Shown piece after piece: positions 1 to 11,752 of a stretch of 64,000 bases of DNA. The translations under genes and the position numbers were made by a program. How positions within the stretch are numbered: the first letter of the stretch is position 1; every line of letters starts with the position of its first letter. This DNA comes from a virus, in IMG/VR virus record IMGVR_UViG_3300025151_000020, positions 29,311-93,310 of that record; one strand, given 5' to 3'. Below the pieces are notes generated by a model. That model ran no database searches. It saw only the letters and a list, made by a program, of their open reading frames with translations, and was not told where the DNA came from.

Positions 1-3000
1 TTGGTATAGTGATGGCAGGAACAGAGGTATAGCCACTACCTCCACTTGTAATAGTAACCGCAGTTAGGCTTCTCGTAGTGGCATGACCTGTATTGATGGT
101 AGCAGTTACCGTAGCGTTACCGCTTGCAACAGTTACTGATGGAACACTCGTATATCCATCGCCATCATTAGTTATTACCGCATATGCAAGACTACCATTG
201 TTAGTCAATATGATATCGTTATTGGCATTTGTTTGATCTTGACTTGAGTTCATTGTAATTGGATTGCCGTTAGTCTGTTGAAGGAGTTGAAAGGTGGGGC
301 TATCCTCGGATGTGTAACCGACTCCTTGTGTTACAGTACCATAACTTGTAATGAATCCATTGGAATCGGTAGTGGCATTCACTCCCGATAGAGTAGTGGT
401 AGGATTTACAGTTACATCTCCTGGTACGGTAGTCCAATTAAATGTGGCATTAACGGCATTGGTTCTTACTTGTGCAGGAGTATCCATAGTGGCATTCTTT
501 GAGCGATAAGCAACTCCTGTGGCGGCATCGCTATTGTTGTGAGATGCCTGTGGTGAGGCTATGGTTAGTGCTATCGTATCCCCTGATCCTGTGCCGTAGT
601 TGTTGTTAGTTCCCCCTATCGTAAGTGCAGACAATGGTTTTCCATCTGCGGAGAGAGTGTATGTTCCTGTTGCATTACCTGCAATCGTTACCGTATATGA
701 TGCAGTTGTTGTTCCTGTATATTGTTGAGCACCACCACTTACACTCGCACTTGCTACACTTGTGGTTGTGGTGTATGTACCGGAGAATCCTGTACCTCCT
801 CCGCCTCCTGAAAAGCCCAATGTGCCACTTGGATATGTATATCCCGTTCCTGCATTAGATATTGAAAGAGCAGATACGGCAGCTCCTCCATCTCCTTTAT
901 CATCCTTTGAATCAGGACTCCATGTTGGCAAGGTGTATGGATTGGATATGGTTTGAGAATCTGCACTACTTGGATCAAGCGTCATGTTCTCCGTTGTAAA
1001 TCTAGTATTGACTGACCAGGAAGGCAATACGGGGAAGTGTTGCCCTACAATCAGATCGCTATGTAACGATGCCGCTTTGGTTGATAGGACTGAATATTGA
1101 ATGCTCTTATTGTCTATTCTTTCACTTTCTGTTTCAATAACGAATCCTAATCTTGGCTCGGTTCTCGCCTGGACTTGCCTATGATCACTTATCTCGGACA
1201 GAGGAATGGGAGTAAGACTGTTGATTGTGGCATTTGAATGAGTTGCTAATCCCCAACCTGTGGTGGGATAATGAACATAAGATGTGTTTGAGTGATCTAT
1301 TGCAGATGCGTTTGTATGAAGGGCATTTCCTCTAAGGTGATGGAATCCGCCACTCACTCCAAACTGTGTGGAACTAACGGCAGAGGGTGAATTGGATTGA
1401 CTATATGTGTTTGACCCTGTATATTGAACCAAATCAACAAACGGGTCTGAACCCTTATTCATAGGTACGGCTTTCAACGGTAGATTGGAGTTTGTGTTAT
1501 TTGGGTCTAATTTAGATTCCCAATTACCTGCGGGCAAAGCAGTAGGATCAACAAGACCTGCTGATTCCATTCCAAGTGTCAAACCGAATCCAATAGGTTG
1601 CTCTGATGCGAGTGGTTTTGAGTTGCTTCTTCGAACAACGCTTGTGAAAGGAGTGGCCTCTGCCGTATGTGCAGTTAGGATTGCTCCGATTGGCATTGTC
1701 CTCTCAACACCATTGTAGTCTGAGGGGAATACCCATGAATCGCCATATGTTGTGGCATTGGGTAGTTTATTCATGGAGTCGTGGATACCGCCATCAAATC
1801 GGCCTTTCCCATATATTGGTTGATTAGCAGATTGATTCTCATTTGGATCACCTGCGAGCATATCCAAAGCATCAGAACTTGTTCTAAAGCCCCATGCTCT
1901 AACGGGCAACCTTCTGCTCAAATCATATGCGACCATACTATCTAATATGGACACATATTTTGTGAAGGACACGCCATCTGTATCGGTATCATAAGATATG
2001 GTCACTCCTGTTCTTTCTGGATTCAACCCATCGCCTATACCTTCTCCTCTAGTATGTCGTATATTCTCAAACTCTTTTGGTAATCGGAGAGTACCATGTG
2101 CCTCTCTCACAGTAGTATGACCCATAAGAACAGAGTTGGCAGACTTGAGTCCGACTATATTCCCATGCCCTCCCGCATTCAATCCGTTGTATCCATAGTT
2201 CTGTAACCATTGTGTGACATATATTCTTTCAAAGGGTAATGCATTCTCTGCTTGTGCAGTAGTGGTTGGGTTAGAGTGATTGCGTAGGTACAATCCTCTA
2301 GTGGGTGGGTAGTTTAGTGATCTCGGACCACCTGCTTCTCTGTATCGGAAGGTCATGTAGTGTTCTCGACTCGTTCCGAGGATGGCAGGATGGCTATACT
2401 CAGCCAACCAATGACATAGGAATGCGTCTGGAACGCACCCTGTACCTGTGTTGGCCTTGTCTAGTAGTGCAAAGTCACCGTTTGTAGCCGTTATACCACC
2501 ACTACCTCCTGGTGTAAGGGCAGCTAGATTGAGATATTCGGGGTCGTGGCACAAGAGAGGAGGCACAGTAGCCAATTCAGTACCAGAACGGGGTACTGCG
2601 ACCCCTTCTTCAAGTCCAATCATGAAGTAAGCAGACGATCCAACATCAATTACAGGGGCGATTGGGCGACCTCCTGAGAGTGAATAGTCGCCAATCATAA
2701 ATCCATTCGTTATGATTTCAGAACTCGTGTTATATCGGCTTCCCCCACTCAAAGCATTGGCAAAAGTGAGCCTAGTTGCACCCGAATTAGTGCTAGTTGT
2801 ACGGCTTGGAGATGCCCTTCTGACGAGATGACCTGCTCCTATCGTTGCAGTTTGTTCCTGTCCAGGGGCTACGAGGTAGTCAATGTCCGTTCTCGGAGTC
2901 ACACCAGAATAAACTGCTTTCACATCTGGTAGCCTAAATCCGCTTAATTCACTCATTGGGATACCGTCTGAGGAAAATGAGCCATTTGCTCGATATCCAC

Positions 3001-5188
3001 TTTCATCTTTGACTTCTAATGTGTCCAATTCAAAGACAGTTGAAGAATTAGTGGATCTAGCAGAACCAAAGCCATGATGCTTGTGTTCTGTTTCTGCCTC
3101 AAACAACAAAGAATAGGAAGAACCGTGAGAACGGTGCAATTGTCGCCTCATAGAGGCAGGAGTACCCCTCTGGGTCATAGGAGTCACGAAAGAGTGTCCT
3201 TGCCTTGCAAAGCGTATTCTATGGTGTGGAAACGGGTATCCTGTGGATGTGCCGTTGTTAGTTTGAGTAAGCACAGAACCTCGCTCTGCGTGGTCAGTAA
3301 TTCTGTGAGCTGCAAATAAGCGTGTTGTACCGCTTGGAACTGCACCAGCAGTAGTGTGGGGGGTTAGACCCTGTTTCGTGGCCATATCGGGATGCAGAAG
3401 CCTCTGTACATGGAAAATTAACATCCTGTCGTGAGTATCAAACTGAGATGCACCTCCTGACGCTTCTGCAACGCCTGGTTTGCGAGGATCAGGAGCAGTT
3501 AGCCCTCCCAACCCCCAAGTCATGTTTGAGTAGGCTTGAATGCGGTCATGGCTACTTCTAACAAATACCTCTCCAGGTATCTCTGATGGATCAGGAAGTT
3601 GAATCTGCATATTTGGAGTCAATCTTCCATCCGTTGTGGATGGTCCTGTAATCTCTTCTCCCGTTGTTGGATCTATTCGGGTATTCTGTATTGAGTAGTC
3701 TTTGATTACAACTCCCAATGGCGATTTACCGAAAAGAGTCAGCCTGTTACCCTGGTCGTCTGTTGTGATAATATCTTCAAACACTTTTTCTTCATTACTG
3801 ATTTGAAGTCCTGTGACTCTTGTTGAGTTAATCGTCTTTGATGAGAATATGGGGCGAGGCACATTTACACTATCATCTCCATCAATTCCAGCAGTTTCAA
3901 AATTGCCAACATATGTGATGTTAGTCAAATTGTCACGAGAATCGGAGAGCATATTATTGGAATTGCTTGTTGCCGTTGCCCTATATCCGTTACTTAGGTG
4001 GAACATATCTCCCGATGTGGCAGGAAAGTCAGTACCATATTCCATTTCTGCTAATTTTATGTTGCTTGATCCCGTAGTATCTGAATCAACTTTGGTAATA
4101 TGGGCAAGCGATGGTTTTGTCACCGCATAATCGGGTGGAGGTATCTCTGGAAGGTTGCAAGAATTGAGTCCTTCTATACTAAAACGAACATAACCATGAC
4201 CGGAACTGTGAGCCACCGCAGTTGAACCTCTTGAGTCGTAATTAGGAGCAGGGATACCCATGTTGCCTCCATCCATCGGTTTTGCAGTTAGATACCAAGT
4301 AGGTACTGATGCTCCTAAGCCTTGAATTACAGGTCCTGCATTTGCCGCCGCCCAATATCCACCTGCTGAGTTAGGTGTTGTAGCCTCCCATGTGAGAACA
4401 ACGGTATGTTTTGCAGGTTCAGCAGGAATAGTAACCGTTGCAGTTGAAGCATTCAATTCTTCGGGATAAGAACCTGTATTCACTTGACTTATTTGAGATT
4501 CTAGCGTTCCTCCACTTATTGTGAAATCAACAAAGGACTCAGAAGTAACGGGTAGTCCATTCAATCTTTTTGGGCCGTATCTAAATGTGTTAATGGCGGT
4601 GTATGATAAGGAAAGACCTGTGTGATCCCCATCCGTGTAAGATATTGTTCCTGACTGAGGTAAATCAGAAGGGTATCCATTTTTGAAAGTACCATTCAAC
4701 GCAACCCTCAGAGTTTGAGCTGCCTTTGCCAAAGTAGCCGTTCCCGTGTATTCCGGCCTTCCCGACATCCTAACATACCTTGCTCGAAGATAACGAGTCT
4801 TGCTATGCTCTCCGATTTGCTTGACCCTTCTGCTATTTATTTTGGCCGCTATGAGTCTAGTCGCTTCCTCTGTTCCTAGATTGTAGGTCTTGCTATTGGT
4901 ATCATCTGTTGCGGCTTGTTTGAGATCCACTATGATGACGTTCTTAGCCTCAGACGGAGCAGATGCGGTTGCTAATGGTGTTCTTATGATTACAGTCAAA
5001 CCCTGCCCCCATTGGTCGCCTGTGTTCGTTCCATACTCCCAATCGGTTACGGCATCACCGTATTCAGTATCGGGGTATGTGATGTGCATAGCAAAGAATC
5101 CACTTGCAGGATAACCTACCGTGCTTGATGCGTCTTCACCCATTGGAACTACCTTAGCAGGGTATATCTGCTTCGTATAACGAGTCAT
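1..5188 (-). CDS. Giant tail-tip/baseplate-like structural protein, 3' end outside the window (>1700 aa)
   Basis: Not in the ORF track, presumably because no stop falls in the window. ATG at 5188 overlaps the upstream TAA (TAATG) and reads MTRYTKQIYPAKVVPMGEDASSTVGYPASGFFAMH. The same frame at the left edge reads VITNDGDGYTSVPSVTV and VTITSGGSGYTSVPAITIP, repeats typical of T4-like baseplate and tail proteins. Confidence 0.8.
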   Translation of the reverse strand, partial: MTRYTKQIYPAKVVPMGEDASSTVGYPASGFFAMHITYPDTEYGDAVTDWEYGTNTGDQWGQGLTVIIRTPLATASAPSEAKNVIIVDLKQAATDDTNSKTYNLGTEEATRLIAAKINSRRVKQIGEHSKTRYLRARYVRMSGRPEYTGTATLAKAAQTLRVALNGTFKNGYPSDLPQSGTISYTDGDHTGLSLSYTAINTFRYGPKRLNGLPVTSESFVDFTISGGTLESQISQVNTGSYPEELNASTATVTIPAEPAKHTVVLTWEATTPNSAGGYWAAANAGPVIQGLGASVPTWYLTAKPMDGGNMGIPAPNYDSRGSTAVAHSSGHGYVRFSIEGLNSCNLPEIPPPDYAVTKPSLAHITKVDSDTTGSSNIKLAEMEYGTDFPATSGDMFHLSNGYRATATSNSNNMLSDSRDNLTNITYVGNFETAGIDGDDSVNVPRPIFSSKTINSTRVTGLQISNEEKVFEDIITTDDQGNRLTLFGKSPLGVVIKDYSIQNTRIDPTTGEEITGPSTTDGRLTPNMQIQLPDPSEIPGEVFVRSSHDRIQAYSNMTWGLGGLTAPDPRKPGVAEASGGASQFDTHDRMLIFHVQRLLHPDMATKQGLTPHTTAGAVPSGTTRLFAAHRITDHAERGSVLTQTNNGTSTGYPFPHHRIRFARQGHSFVTPMTQRGTPASMRRQLHRSHGSSYSLLFEAETEHKHHGFGSARSTNSSTVFELDTLEVKDESGYRANGSFSSDGIPMSELSGFRLPDVKAVYSGVTPRTDIDYLVAPGQEQTATIGAGHLVRRASPSRTTSTNSGATRLTFANALSGGSRYNTSSEIITNGFMIGDYSLSGGRPIAPVIDVGSSAYFMIGLEEGVAVPRSGTELATVPPLLCHDPEYLNLAALTPGGSGGITATNGDFALLDKANTGTGCVPDAFLCHWLAEYSHPAILGTSREHYMTFRYREAGGPRSLNYPPTRGLYLRNHSNPTTTAQAENALPFERIYVTQWLQNYGYNGLNAGGHGNIVGLKSANSVLMGHTTVREAHGTLRLPKEFENIRHTRGEGIGDGLNPERTGVTISYDTDTDGVSFTKYVSILDSMVAYDLSRRLPVRAWGFRTSSDALDMLAGDPNENQSANQPIYGKGRFDGGIHDSMNKLPNATTYGDSWVFPSDYNGVERTMPIGAILTAHTAEATPFTSVVRRSNSKPLASEQPIGFGLTLGMESAGLVDPTALPAGNWESKLDPNNTNSNLPLKAVPMNKGSDPFVDLVQYTGSNTYSQSNSPSAVSSTQFGVSGGFHHLRGNALHTNASAIDHSNTSYVHYPTTGWGLATHSNATINSLTPIPLSEISDHRQVQARTEPRLGFVIETESERIDNKSIQYSVLSTKAASLHSDLIVGQHFPVLPSWSVNTRFTTENMTLDPSSADSQTISNPYTLPTWSPDSKDDKGDGGAAVSALSISNAGTGYTYPSGTLGFSGGGGGTGFSGTYTTTTSVASASVSGGAQQYTGTTTASYTVTIAGNATGTYTLSADGKPLSALTIGGTNNNYGTGSGDTIALTIASPQASHNNSDAATGVAYRSKNATMDTPAQVRTNAVNATFNWTTVPGDVTVNPTTTLSGVNATTDSNGFITSYGTVTQGVGYTSEDSPTFQLLQQTNGNPITMNSSQDQTNANNDIILTNNGSLAYAVITNDGDGYTSVPSVTVASGNATVTATINTGHATTRSLTAVTITSGGSGYTSVPAITIP

Positions 5189-8100
5189 TACCACACCGCC
5201 CTCGCTGCAAACATCTCTTGGACATCTGCCAAACTGAATACATAATCAAAGACTCCAATCTCACCCATCGTCATGTTCCATGCCCAAATCTGGTCATTGT
5301 TCGTGTTAGTTGTGGTGTATGCAGTTGCTCCATCCGTGCAACCACAGGCCATGTTGTATGTTGAGCCATTGATTGTATAGATTGACATCGGACCGTTGGT
5401 GGCCGTTGGTGCTTGGTCAATAGCACCTGCCGCAGATAAGCCAATGAAACACATACCTGTCTGTGTTAGATCTCCGAGATACTTAGGCAGTTTCCCCTGG
5501 ATTGGTGTGCCTGTGCCACCTACTAATGTATTTACTGACGATGATGTGAATGTGTGAGTGGTGTCTATCTTCTGCGTACTGCCTACATAGAACTCTTCAC
5601 CACTAAGTCTGAAAGTCACATTCGTTCCTGATTTAGACATCGTGAGGTTATGCCATTTGCCCCTATGGATTCTAACTCCGTCTGCTTGAGCTGCATTTGT
5701 CACCGACCTTATGTTTGAGCCATCATGGAAAAGGAAGAAGAAGCAAGCCTGTTGGTAATTATTTCCTGTACCATCTCCCGTCACCGAGTTTTGCCCTGCT
5801 AGGTACAATCCCCAATACCTTCCGGCGGCATCACGACCTGTGATCAACGGACCGGATGCCGCTTCCACATTCGCATTGCCAAAGTTAGAACCAAAGTTCG
5901 GTTTGAACCAGACGCTTATTGTGTAATCTCCTGTGCAATCAAAATCTCCCATCGGCCCGTACTCTTTATTCACGGCAGAGCCTGTCCAATAGTGGGTTGC
6001 CACAGTTTGCAAACCATGAAAGTCAAGCCCTTTAGATGTAGTATCAACTGAGTAAGCAGGACCATTCTGCACATCCATTGTTGCGTGAGCACCTGTTTTT
6101 ATTGATGCCACCTCAACACCTGCATCAACTGCCGCTAATCCACTTACACCCGTCAAAGTGTGAGGACTACCGCCTGTACTCTTTCCTGTGTATGTGAAGA
6201 AATCTCCACCTGCAATTGCATTGTTCGTGCCACTTGATTCAAAGTCAGTAGCATCAACAACATTGAGTGTGCTTCCACTTGAGTAATTACTTTGCACAGT
6301 CGTTGCGGCCTTCCCTCTTGATACTCTTAGAGGAGAGGCATAAATCGCTTCCGTCAGATCCTGTCCTTGATTGTATGATGCGTTGGCATAACCAACCTCC
6401 TGATCCAATCTAGCATACAGAAGACATCTTTTGAGAGAATTGCCTTCCTCCTTCAAACGATGATGTATTCCTTGCAATGTATCCTCATTGATGGTGTCGT
6501 TGTTCGTTATATCTGTGAAGTCCAATACCGCAGAAGCCGTGCTTACCTCATGTAGGTTTTGAAAGCCGGAGAACCCTGTTGGCCCTTTGGAATAGTGATG
6601 AAGGAAATCATCGCTATAATCATTTGATGTTCCATCGCTTATGTCAAAGGTGACTCCTGTGTGTCCTCCTCCAAAATACACAATGCCCTCCTCTTCTGTG
6701 CCAGGATATAACAATTCAACTTCTATTCCGTCTATTGCGTTACCATCCGAATCATAGAACAACTCAATGAAATCAGTAAGACTACCATATGGCACTATAC
6801 TCCTAATCATAAAAGCATTAGTCACTACATCTGACGATAAGGTAGTTCTCTGTTGGTCTATTCCTTGAAACGATGCTAATGCACCCTTGACTCTAAGCAC
6901 ACCCTGCATCAATGGACCAGGAGTCTTTGTAATACGCTTGAGGTAATCAGTTGCCGTGATGCTAACTGCAAGGTGATTTATGTCTGTATCACTTGAGGGG
7001 TTAAATGCTGACAGGGTAGGAGATGTCATATCTGGAGCAGTTGCACTTGCACCAAGCAATGTTTCTGCGGTAGGGCTTGATACTGTCGTAACCGTAAATG
7101 ATCCGCCTAGTCCGTTATAAGACCTCAAATTATTAGCAGAATCAAGGGTACTGCCCGCAACAGCTCCTTTGAATGTACTAATTGGAACAAATGTTTCTCC
7201 GTCTGCACCGATTGGCATAGGAGCTGCGAATGAGTTGGTCTGATACAACCTACTGTTAGTGGTTATAGGAGCACCGTATCCTACTACCTGTGCGGGCTTG
7301 TAGGCATATGGTGTTCTATTGCTAAGTCTAACATTGAAATTACGCCCCGATGCACCAGGGATTGTGCTATGGATCACTATTGAGATTCCCGATTCACCAT
7401 CTCTGCTTTCAGTAGCAGTTCCTACGAATGCTCGGACATAACCCATGTGCGTTCCTGTATTCGTGTCAGTTGCAGATACAGGGAATATCGCAGGAGGGTC
7501 AAAGGCACTACCTCCTGTACTATTCTTCGCTTGAGGATGACCAGCCATGTTGATTCTCCTTATGACCTCCTCTACACAGACATTGAAATCAGAGGTGGTA
7601 TTTGCTATTGAGTTGAAATCAATATCCAACGGCCTAACATATTCTAGTGCAGAACCATCGGATTTCTTTCCCTTCAATGAAAGATAACTTGTCTGACAGA
7701 GTATGGGATGCAAGGATTGCCTGTCATTTGCCGACTCGTGTGCCGATTGTACATCCCACTCAAAAGCCTCCATGTTCGGTCCGTCTAGGATTAGTATTCT
7801 CGCACTATTATTCGGATCTGCATGAACTGCATCTGCATTCAATCCTATGATAGCCTTTACAGACTCCCCCAATGCTTCGGCTACAAGTATTCGATCTGAT
7901 AGTCCTAAAGGCGTTTCACCCGAAATTATTCCTGGTATATCCACTACTGACAATATGATCGGAGAAGAGTCATTGGCAACGGTAGTATTGGTATCCACCA
8001 CTATGAATCCGCCAAGCGTTACAGTCATACCTGCATCTATGTTTCCTAGATTGCTACTTTCATTGCTTGATGTATCAAGTGGATTCCAGGTTTCAGAAGT

Positions 8101-11100
8101 TGTGATGGTCAGAGAAGTTCCGTTGTTGTATGCGGCTTTGGCGACAATACCATATCCACTATTCAAGACACCTTCTCCTATTGTGACATAGAAGTTGGTA
8201 GCACAATTGGCTTGAAGCCCTCTTTCTCCTGTGCTATTCAAGAATGCAGAGGCATCATCCACATTCAATGTACCACTACTGTACGAAGTGACTACTGCTT
8301 GAACGGATGGTCTTTGACACCTTATGAGTGTCCTAGACGCAGCTAGCCAATCATACAGTTGGTCTGTAACCTCAAGGGATGCTATGGGGCTATGTTGCCC
8401 CCAATCAACCGCAAACCTAGATTCGTTCTCTCTCATCTCTGGTCGGTTTATCGCCATTGTACAATCAATACTCATCTTGAATGATTTGTCTGATGGTATT
8501 GGCGTTCTCGCATCGTTATCAGAAGCCAACAAACTATCCACATCATAGAACATAGAAGGGAATAATGGCAATTCAGTCAAGGCTCTAGTGGATGCGTAGT
8601 AAGTTGAAGTCTGCTTATCATTACGGACAGACGCATTTCCTGATCCTACAATCTTGTCCTTCCAACCAGGCATGAAAGGATGCTCCGCAAAGACGGGTTG
8701 GATATCCACTCCTCCTTGACCCAAGCCTCCCAAAGTCATTGTAACTGTGGGAGTTCCAAGATCGCCAATCTCTTTCACAGGTGTTCCTTGACCTAAATTA
8801 AAATCCCTTGTAGAGCGATGGTCTATGATATCCATCAAAAGAGAACGGCCTTTGATAGATACCTTTGATTCATCTTCACCGCCTAATTGAGGAGTTATCT
8901 CTTCGACCCTGCCTCTCATCAATACTTTCTCAACAGTTGCTTGGAGAACATCAAGAGGGGAGTTTGAAGAATGCGACACATCATCAAGCATAGCAAAACT
9001 TGTTCTCTTTGCTGGATGAACTAAAACGAAGTTGGCATTCCCCGTCAGCTCATTGTCAATGACATCCATAAATGAAAGATTGGATCGTCTAAATGATGAG
9101 GGAGTAACTTTGTCATCAGTATGCGTCTTCCTATTACTGCCACCCCCTCCTACTATGTGCATGATGTGGTAATCAGAGTTGCTTGTATCATCAGGAGTGT
9201 TTGTGCTTGGTATCGCCTTTGGTATGGAATATCCTCCTATTCCTGTGCCTAAACCATATACTGTGTCCTCAATATTGATGAAGGGAGAAGGAGTGATGTC
9301 ACCTGTTGGATTGGATGACAGGGTGTGTGATGCAGGTTTATCGTTGAAACTGCTTGTAGGAAGGCTCACAAGACCTCCAGGTGCAGTTACTGTGAGAGTT
9401 ATAGCAGAGGCATCTGTCTGATTGCCCGAATAAGGCCGTCTAAGCCAATCTGAGAGTGTTCGGCCACCAAAGACGGCACTACCACAAGGAACGGTCTTAG
9501 ACACGACTAGATAGGCCGCATTTCCCGTAGCATGATCAGGTTGGAACTTAGTGCTAACATCTGCCGTTGCTAGGCTTGTACCTGCGACCACTTCTCCTGT
9601 CAAGTCTATCGCATTGTAATGAACTTGAACCTGCCTCGGACCACCTGCACTAATCAATACAGAAGGGGAGTCAATTATGGCAATTCTGCTAGTGTCTTCG
9701 GGAGTTAGGTGTCTAATGTAATTATCATTTGTTGGCGAGCCATTTACGAAATCAGCAGTATGGTCTGTATCCAAACCTTTCAACATGAATGGTTTTACAT
9801 TGCTAACTGCAATAGCGACTATCTCATCCCTTGTTGAGGCATACACATTCTGACTGAGTGAATTGTCATAGAAACCAACGCCCGCCTCAGTCACTATTCG
9901 ATTGAATACGTTTGAGCTACTACTGCCCGAATCAGTTGCACCGATTGTTGATGCTTTGTTGATTACCTTTGATATCTCTCCATGAAATACCGATTCTGTG
10001 ACTTTTACTCTTTCATTCTCTGTGATAAGAGTATGGATATTTACATCCTCATTAACATAATCAAAGGTGTTTGCGATCCCCTGCACCGTTTGTTTTACCA
10101 CTTGTTCATCGGGTATGGGTAGCATTTTCAAAAAGAAATCTCCTTCAATCAAGTTGTATGCAGTTACCGCCCCCATGCCACCGTATGTTTCGCTTGGAGC
10201 ATACAATGTGTCAGCATCCGTTGAATCTGTGCTACGACTTTTGGTTGAGAAAAAGAATGCATCATTTGAAAATCCAGAACTGTCTTCAAATCTTTGACCC
10301 TGTGTATAATGTGCTAGAGTGAATGTATCTCTCTTTCTCTTTCTTTGTCCTGTGACTGAATCAGAAACTTCTTTGTTGCCTGGATCAATGAATAAGTCTG
10401 CCCTTCCAATTGTAAAATAAACAGGGGTGTTGTCTGTATGTGCAAATATATGTCCTTGTGTCGTTGGCAGATTATCCACCGTTCCATTTGCCGCATCGTT
10501 AGCCAAATGTACAGATGTACAATTTAGACGACTATTAGCAAAATCAATTCCGGTTATTCTAATTCGTTCTATACGATTGATAGATGGATTAAGGGTTGAT
10601 GTGCTTGAAGTGGAGAGTACAGAATTATCTGAAAACCTCACATTCTGCGAATCTGGGGGCGTTATAACGCCTGTGGAGGGGCTTGTTCCTGCTTGATTGA
10701 TTACCGCATTAAGCACCGTTGATTTCACACTTGAGAAATACGCTTGGTCTGTTAAGTCAAGAGTTGAAGAATACCAGGATTGGTCTTTCACCTCTTCCAA
10801 AGGTATGCCTTGAGTCAGAGATGCTAGTTTCTCTAAAGCAGAATACCTGTCAGTAACTCCCCCTGGATTTGCAGGGTAATCTCTAATCTTGAAGTGAGTG
10901 GTGCTGAAACTATGCCCTATTGCCACCATAGGTATATCCAACAATCCATCAAGTCTGTCCGTTCCATCTCTGCCTTGATTGGTAGCTCCTGATCTTGCAT
11001 GGTCAAAGAAATACACTTCGGGAATATCATAATCATCGTCAAATCTCCACAAGCCAAAGGTGTTCTGCATCTTCGTCAAGGGTTCTATTTTTGGATCAAC

Positions 11101-11751
11101 AATTCCTTGAGTGATACGAATGCTCTCAATAGCACCTCGAAACTCTCCTCCTCTCCCTCCAATAAATATGTCAGATGATGATTCTTGCAGTAATCCTCCT
11201 TCCCCTCCAAGATTGAGTTCGGCTACTATATCTCCATTGATGAAACACTTAATTTCAGATTGAGTGTATTGTGCAGTTACTAGAACTAATCCTTGTTGCC
11301 CGAATGTCAAATCTTGAGGGCGATGGGCATTTGATGAAGATGAATAGACTCCCGAATTGCTTACAGTATGAACAGGAGCATTGAATGAGGTGGATAGAGT
11401 ATAGGGTCTATCGGCAGTATATACTTCAAACAGTAGTTTGCCATTAGCGAAAGGTTCTCCATACTTCAATCTAAACGATCCTGGTTTCTCAACAATCACT
11501 CCTCCATAATCAGGAACAATATATGCATCTATTGTGAAAGAGCCTCTGAGTGCGTTCAATGGATTTGATTGTGAATCAATATGTTTTCTTCCAACTTTAG
11601 TTGCATGGCTCTTTGTTGATTTGACTGTTCCTGAGAATTGCTTTGGTCTAAGGTCTATTCCCGATTCTCTATTTCTCCCCGTAGGAACAACCAACCCATC
11701 GGTGAAACCGTTTAGACGAAGTGCTTTGCCATGAAATCTTACAATGCCCAT
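5188..11751 (-). CDS. Large tail-tip protein with N- and C-terminal LamG/concanavalin-A-like domains (2187 aa)
   Basis: N-terminal FTIDAYI...CFINGD...IFIGG...FRGAIESIRI...GLWRFDD and C-terminal YTISVWFKP...KWHNLTM...MGEIGVFDYVFS fit LamG-like folds. Lies downstream of the tape measure and Dit-like genes. Confidence 0.7.
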   Translation of the reverse strand: MGIVRFHGKALRLNGFTDGLVVPTGRNRESGIDLRPKQFSGTVKSTKSHATKVGRKHIDSQSNPLNALRGSFTIDAYIVPDYGGVIVEKPGSFRLKYGEPFANGKLLFEVYTADRPYTLSTSFNAPVHTVSNSGVYSSSSNAHRPQDLTFGQQGLVLVTAQYTQSEIKCFINGDIVAELNLGGEGGLLQESSSDIFIGGRGGEFRGAIESIRITQGIVDPKIEPLTKMQNTFGLWRFDDDYDIPEVYFFDHARSGATNQGRDGTDRLDGLLDIPMVAIGHSFSTTHFKIRDYPANPGGVTDRYSALEKLASLTQGIPLEEVKDQSWYSSTLDLTDQAYFSSVKSTVLNAVINQAGTSPSTGVITPPDSQNVRFSDNSVLSTSSTSTLNPSINRIERIRITGIDFANSRLNCTSVHLANDAANGTVDNLPTTQGHIFAHTDNTPVYFTIGRADLFIDPGNKEVSDSVTGQRKRKRDTFTLAHYTQGQRFEDSSGFSNDAFFFSTKSRSTDSTDADTLYAPSETYGGMGAVTAYNLIEGDFFLKMLPIPDEQVVKQTVQGIANTFDYVNEDVNIHTLITENERVKVTESVFHGEISKVINKASTIGATDSGSSSSNVFNRIVTEAGVGFYDNSLSQNVYASTRDEIVAIAVSNVKPFMLKGLDTDHTADFVNGSPTNDNYIRHLTPEDTSRIAIIDSPSVLISAGGPRQVQVHYNAIDLTGEVVAGTSLATADVSTKFQPDHATGNAAYLVVSKTVPCGSAVFGGRTLSDWLRRPYSGNQTDASAITLTVTAPGGLVSLPTSSFNDKPASHTLSSNPTGDITPSPFINIEDTVYGLGTGIGGYSIPKAIPSTNTPDDTSNSDYHIMHIVGGGGSNRKTHTDDKVTPSSFRRSNLSFMDVIDNELTGNANFVLVHPAKRTSFAMLDDVSHSSNSPLDVLQATVEKVLMRGRVEEITPQLGGEDESKVSIKGRSLLMDIIDHRSTRDFNLGQGTPVKEIGDLGTPTVTMTLGGLGQGGVDIQPVFAEHPFMPGWKDKIVGSGNASVRNDKQTSTYYASTRALTELPLFPSMFYDVDSLLASDNDARTPIPSDKSFKMSIDCTMAINRPEMRENESRFAVDWGQHSPIASLEVTDQLYDWLAASRTLIRCQRPSVQAVVTSYSSGTLNVDDASAFLNSTGERGLQANCATNFYVTIGEGVLNSGYGIVAKAAYNNGTSLTITTSETWNPLDTSSNESSNLGNIDAGMTVTLGGFIVVDTNTTVANDSSPIILSVVDIPGIISGETPLGLSDRILVAEALGESVKAIIGLNADAVHADPNNSARILILDGPNMEAFEWDVQSAHESANDRQSLHPILCQTSYLSLKGKKSDGSALEYVRPLDIDFNSIANTTSDFNVCVEEVIRRINMAGHPQAKNSTGGSAFDPPAIFPVSATDTNTGTHMGYVRAFVGTATESRDGESGISIVIHSTIPGASGRNFNVRLSNRTPYAYKPAQVVGYGAPITTNSRLYQTNSFAAPMPIGADGETFVPISTFKGAVAGSTLDSANNLRSYNGLGGSFTVTTVSSPTAETLLGASATAPDMTSPTLSAFNPSSDTDINHLAVSITATDYLKRITKTPGPLMQGVLRVKGALASFQGIDQQRTTLSSDVVTNAFMIRSIVPYGSLTDFIELFYDSDGNAIDGIEVELLYPGTEEEGIVYFGGGHTGVTFDISDGTSNDYSDDFLHHYSKGPTGFSGFQNLHEVSTASAVLDFTDITNNDTINEDTLQGIHHRLKEEGNSLKRCLLYARLDQEVGYANASYNQGQDLTEAIYASPLRVSRGKAATTVQSNYSSGSTLNVVDATDFESSGTNNAIAGGDFFTYTGKSTGGSPHTLTGVSGLAAVDAGVEVASIKTGAHATMDVQNGPAYSVDTTSKGLDFHGLQTVATHYWTGSAVNKEYGPMGDFDCTGDYTISVWFKPNFGSNFGNANVEAASGPLITGRDAAGRYWGLYLAGQNSVTGDGTGNNYQQACFFFLFHDGSNIRSVTNAAQADGVRIHRGKWHNLTMSKSGTNVTFRLSGEEFYVGSTQKIDTTHTFTSSSVNTLVGGTGTPIQGKLPKYLGDLTQTGMCFIGLSAAGAIDQAPTATNGPMSIYTINGSTYNMACGCTDGATAYTTTNTNNDQIWAWNMTMGEIGVFDYVFSLADVQEMFAARAVW

Positions 11752-11752
11752 A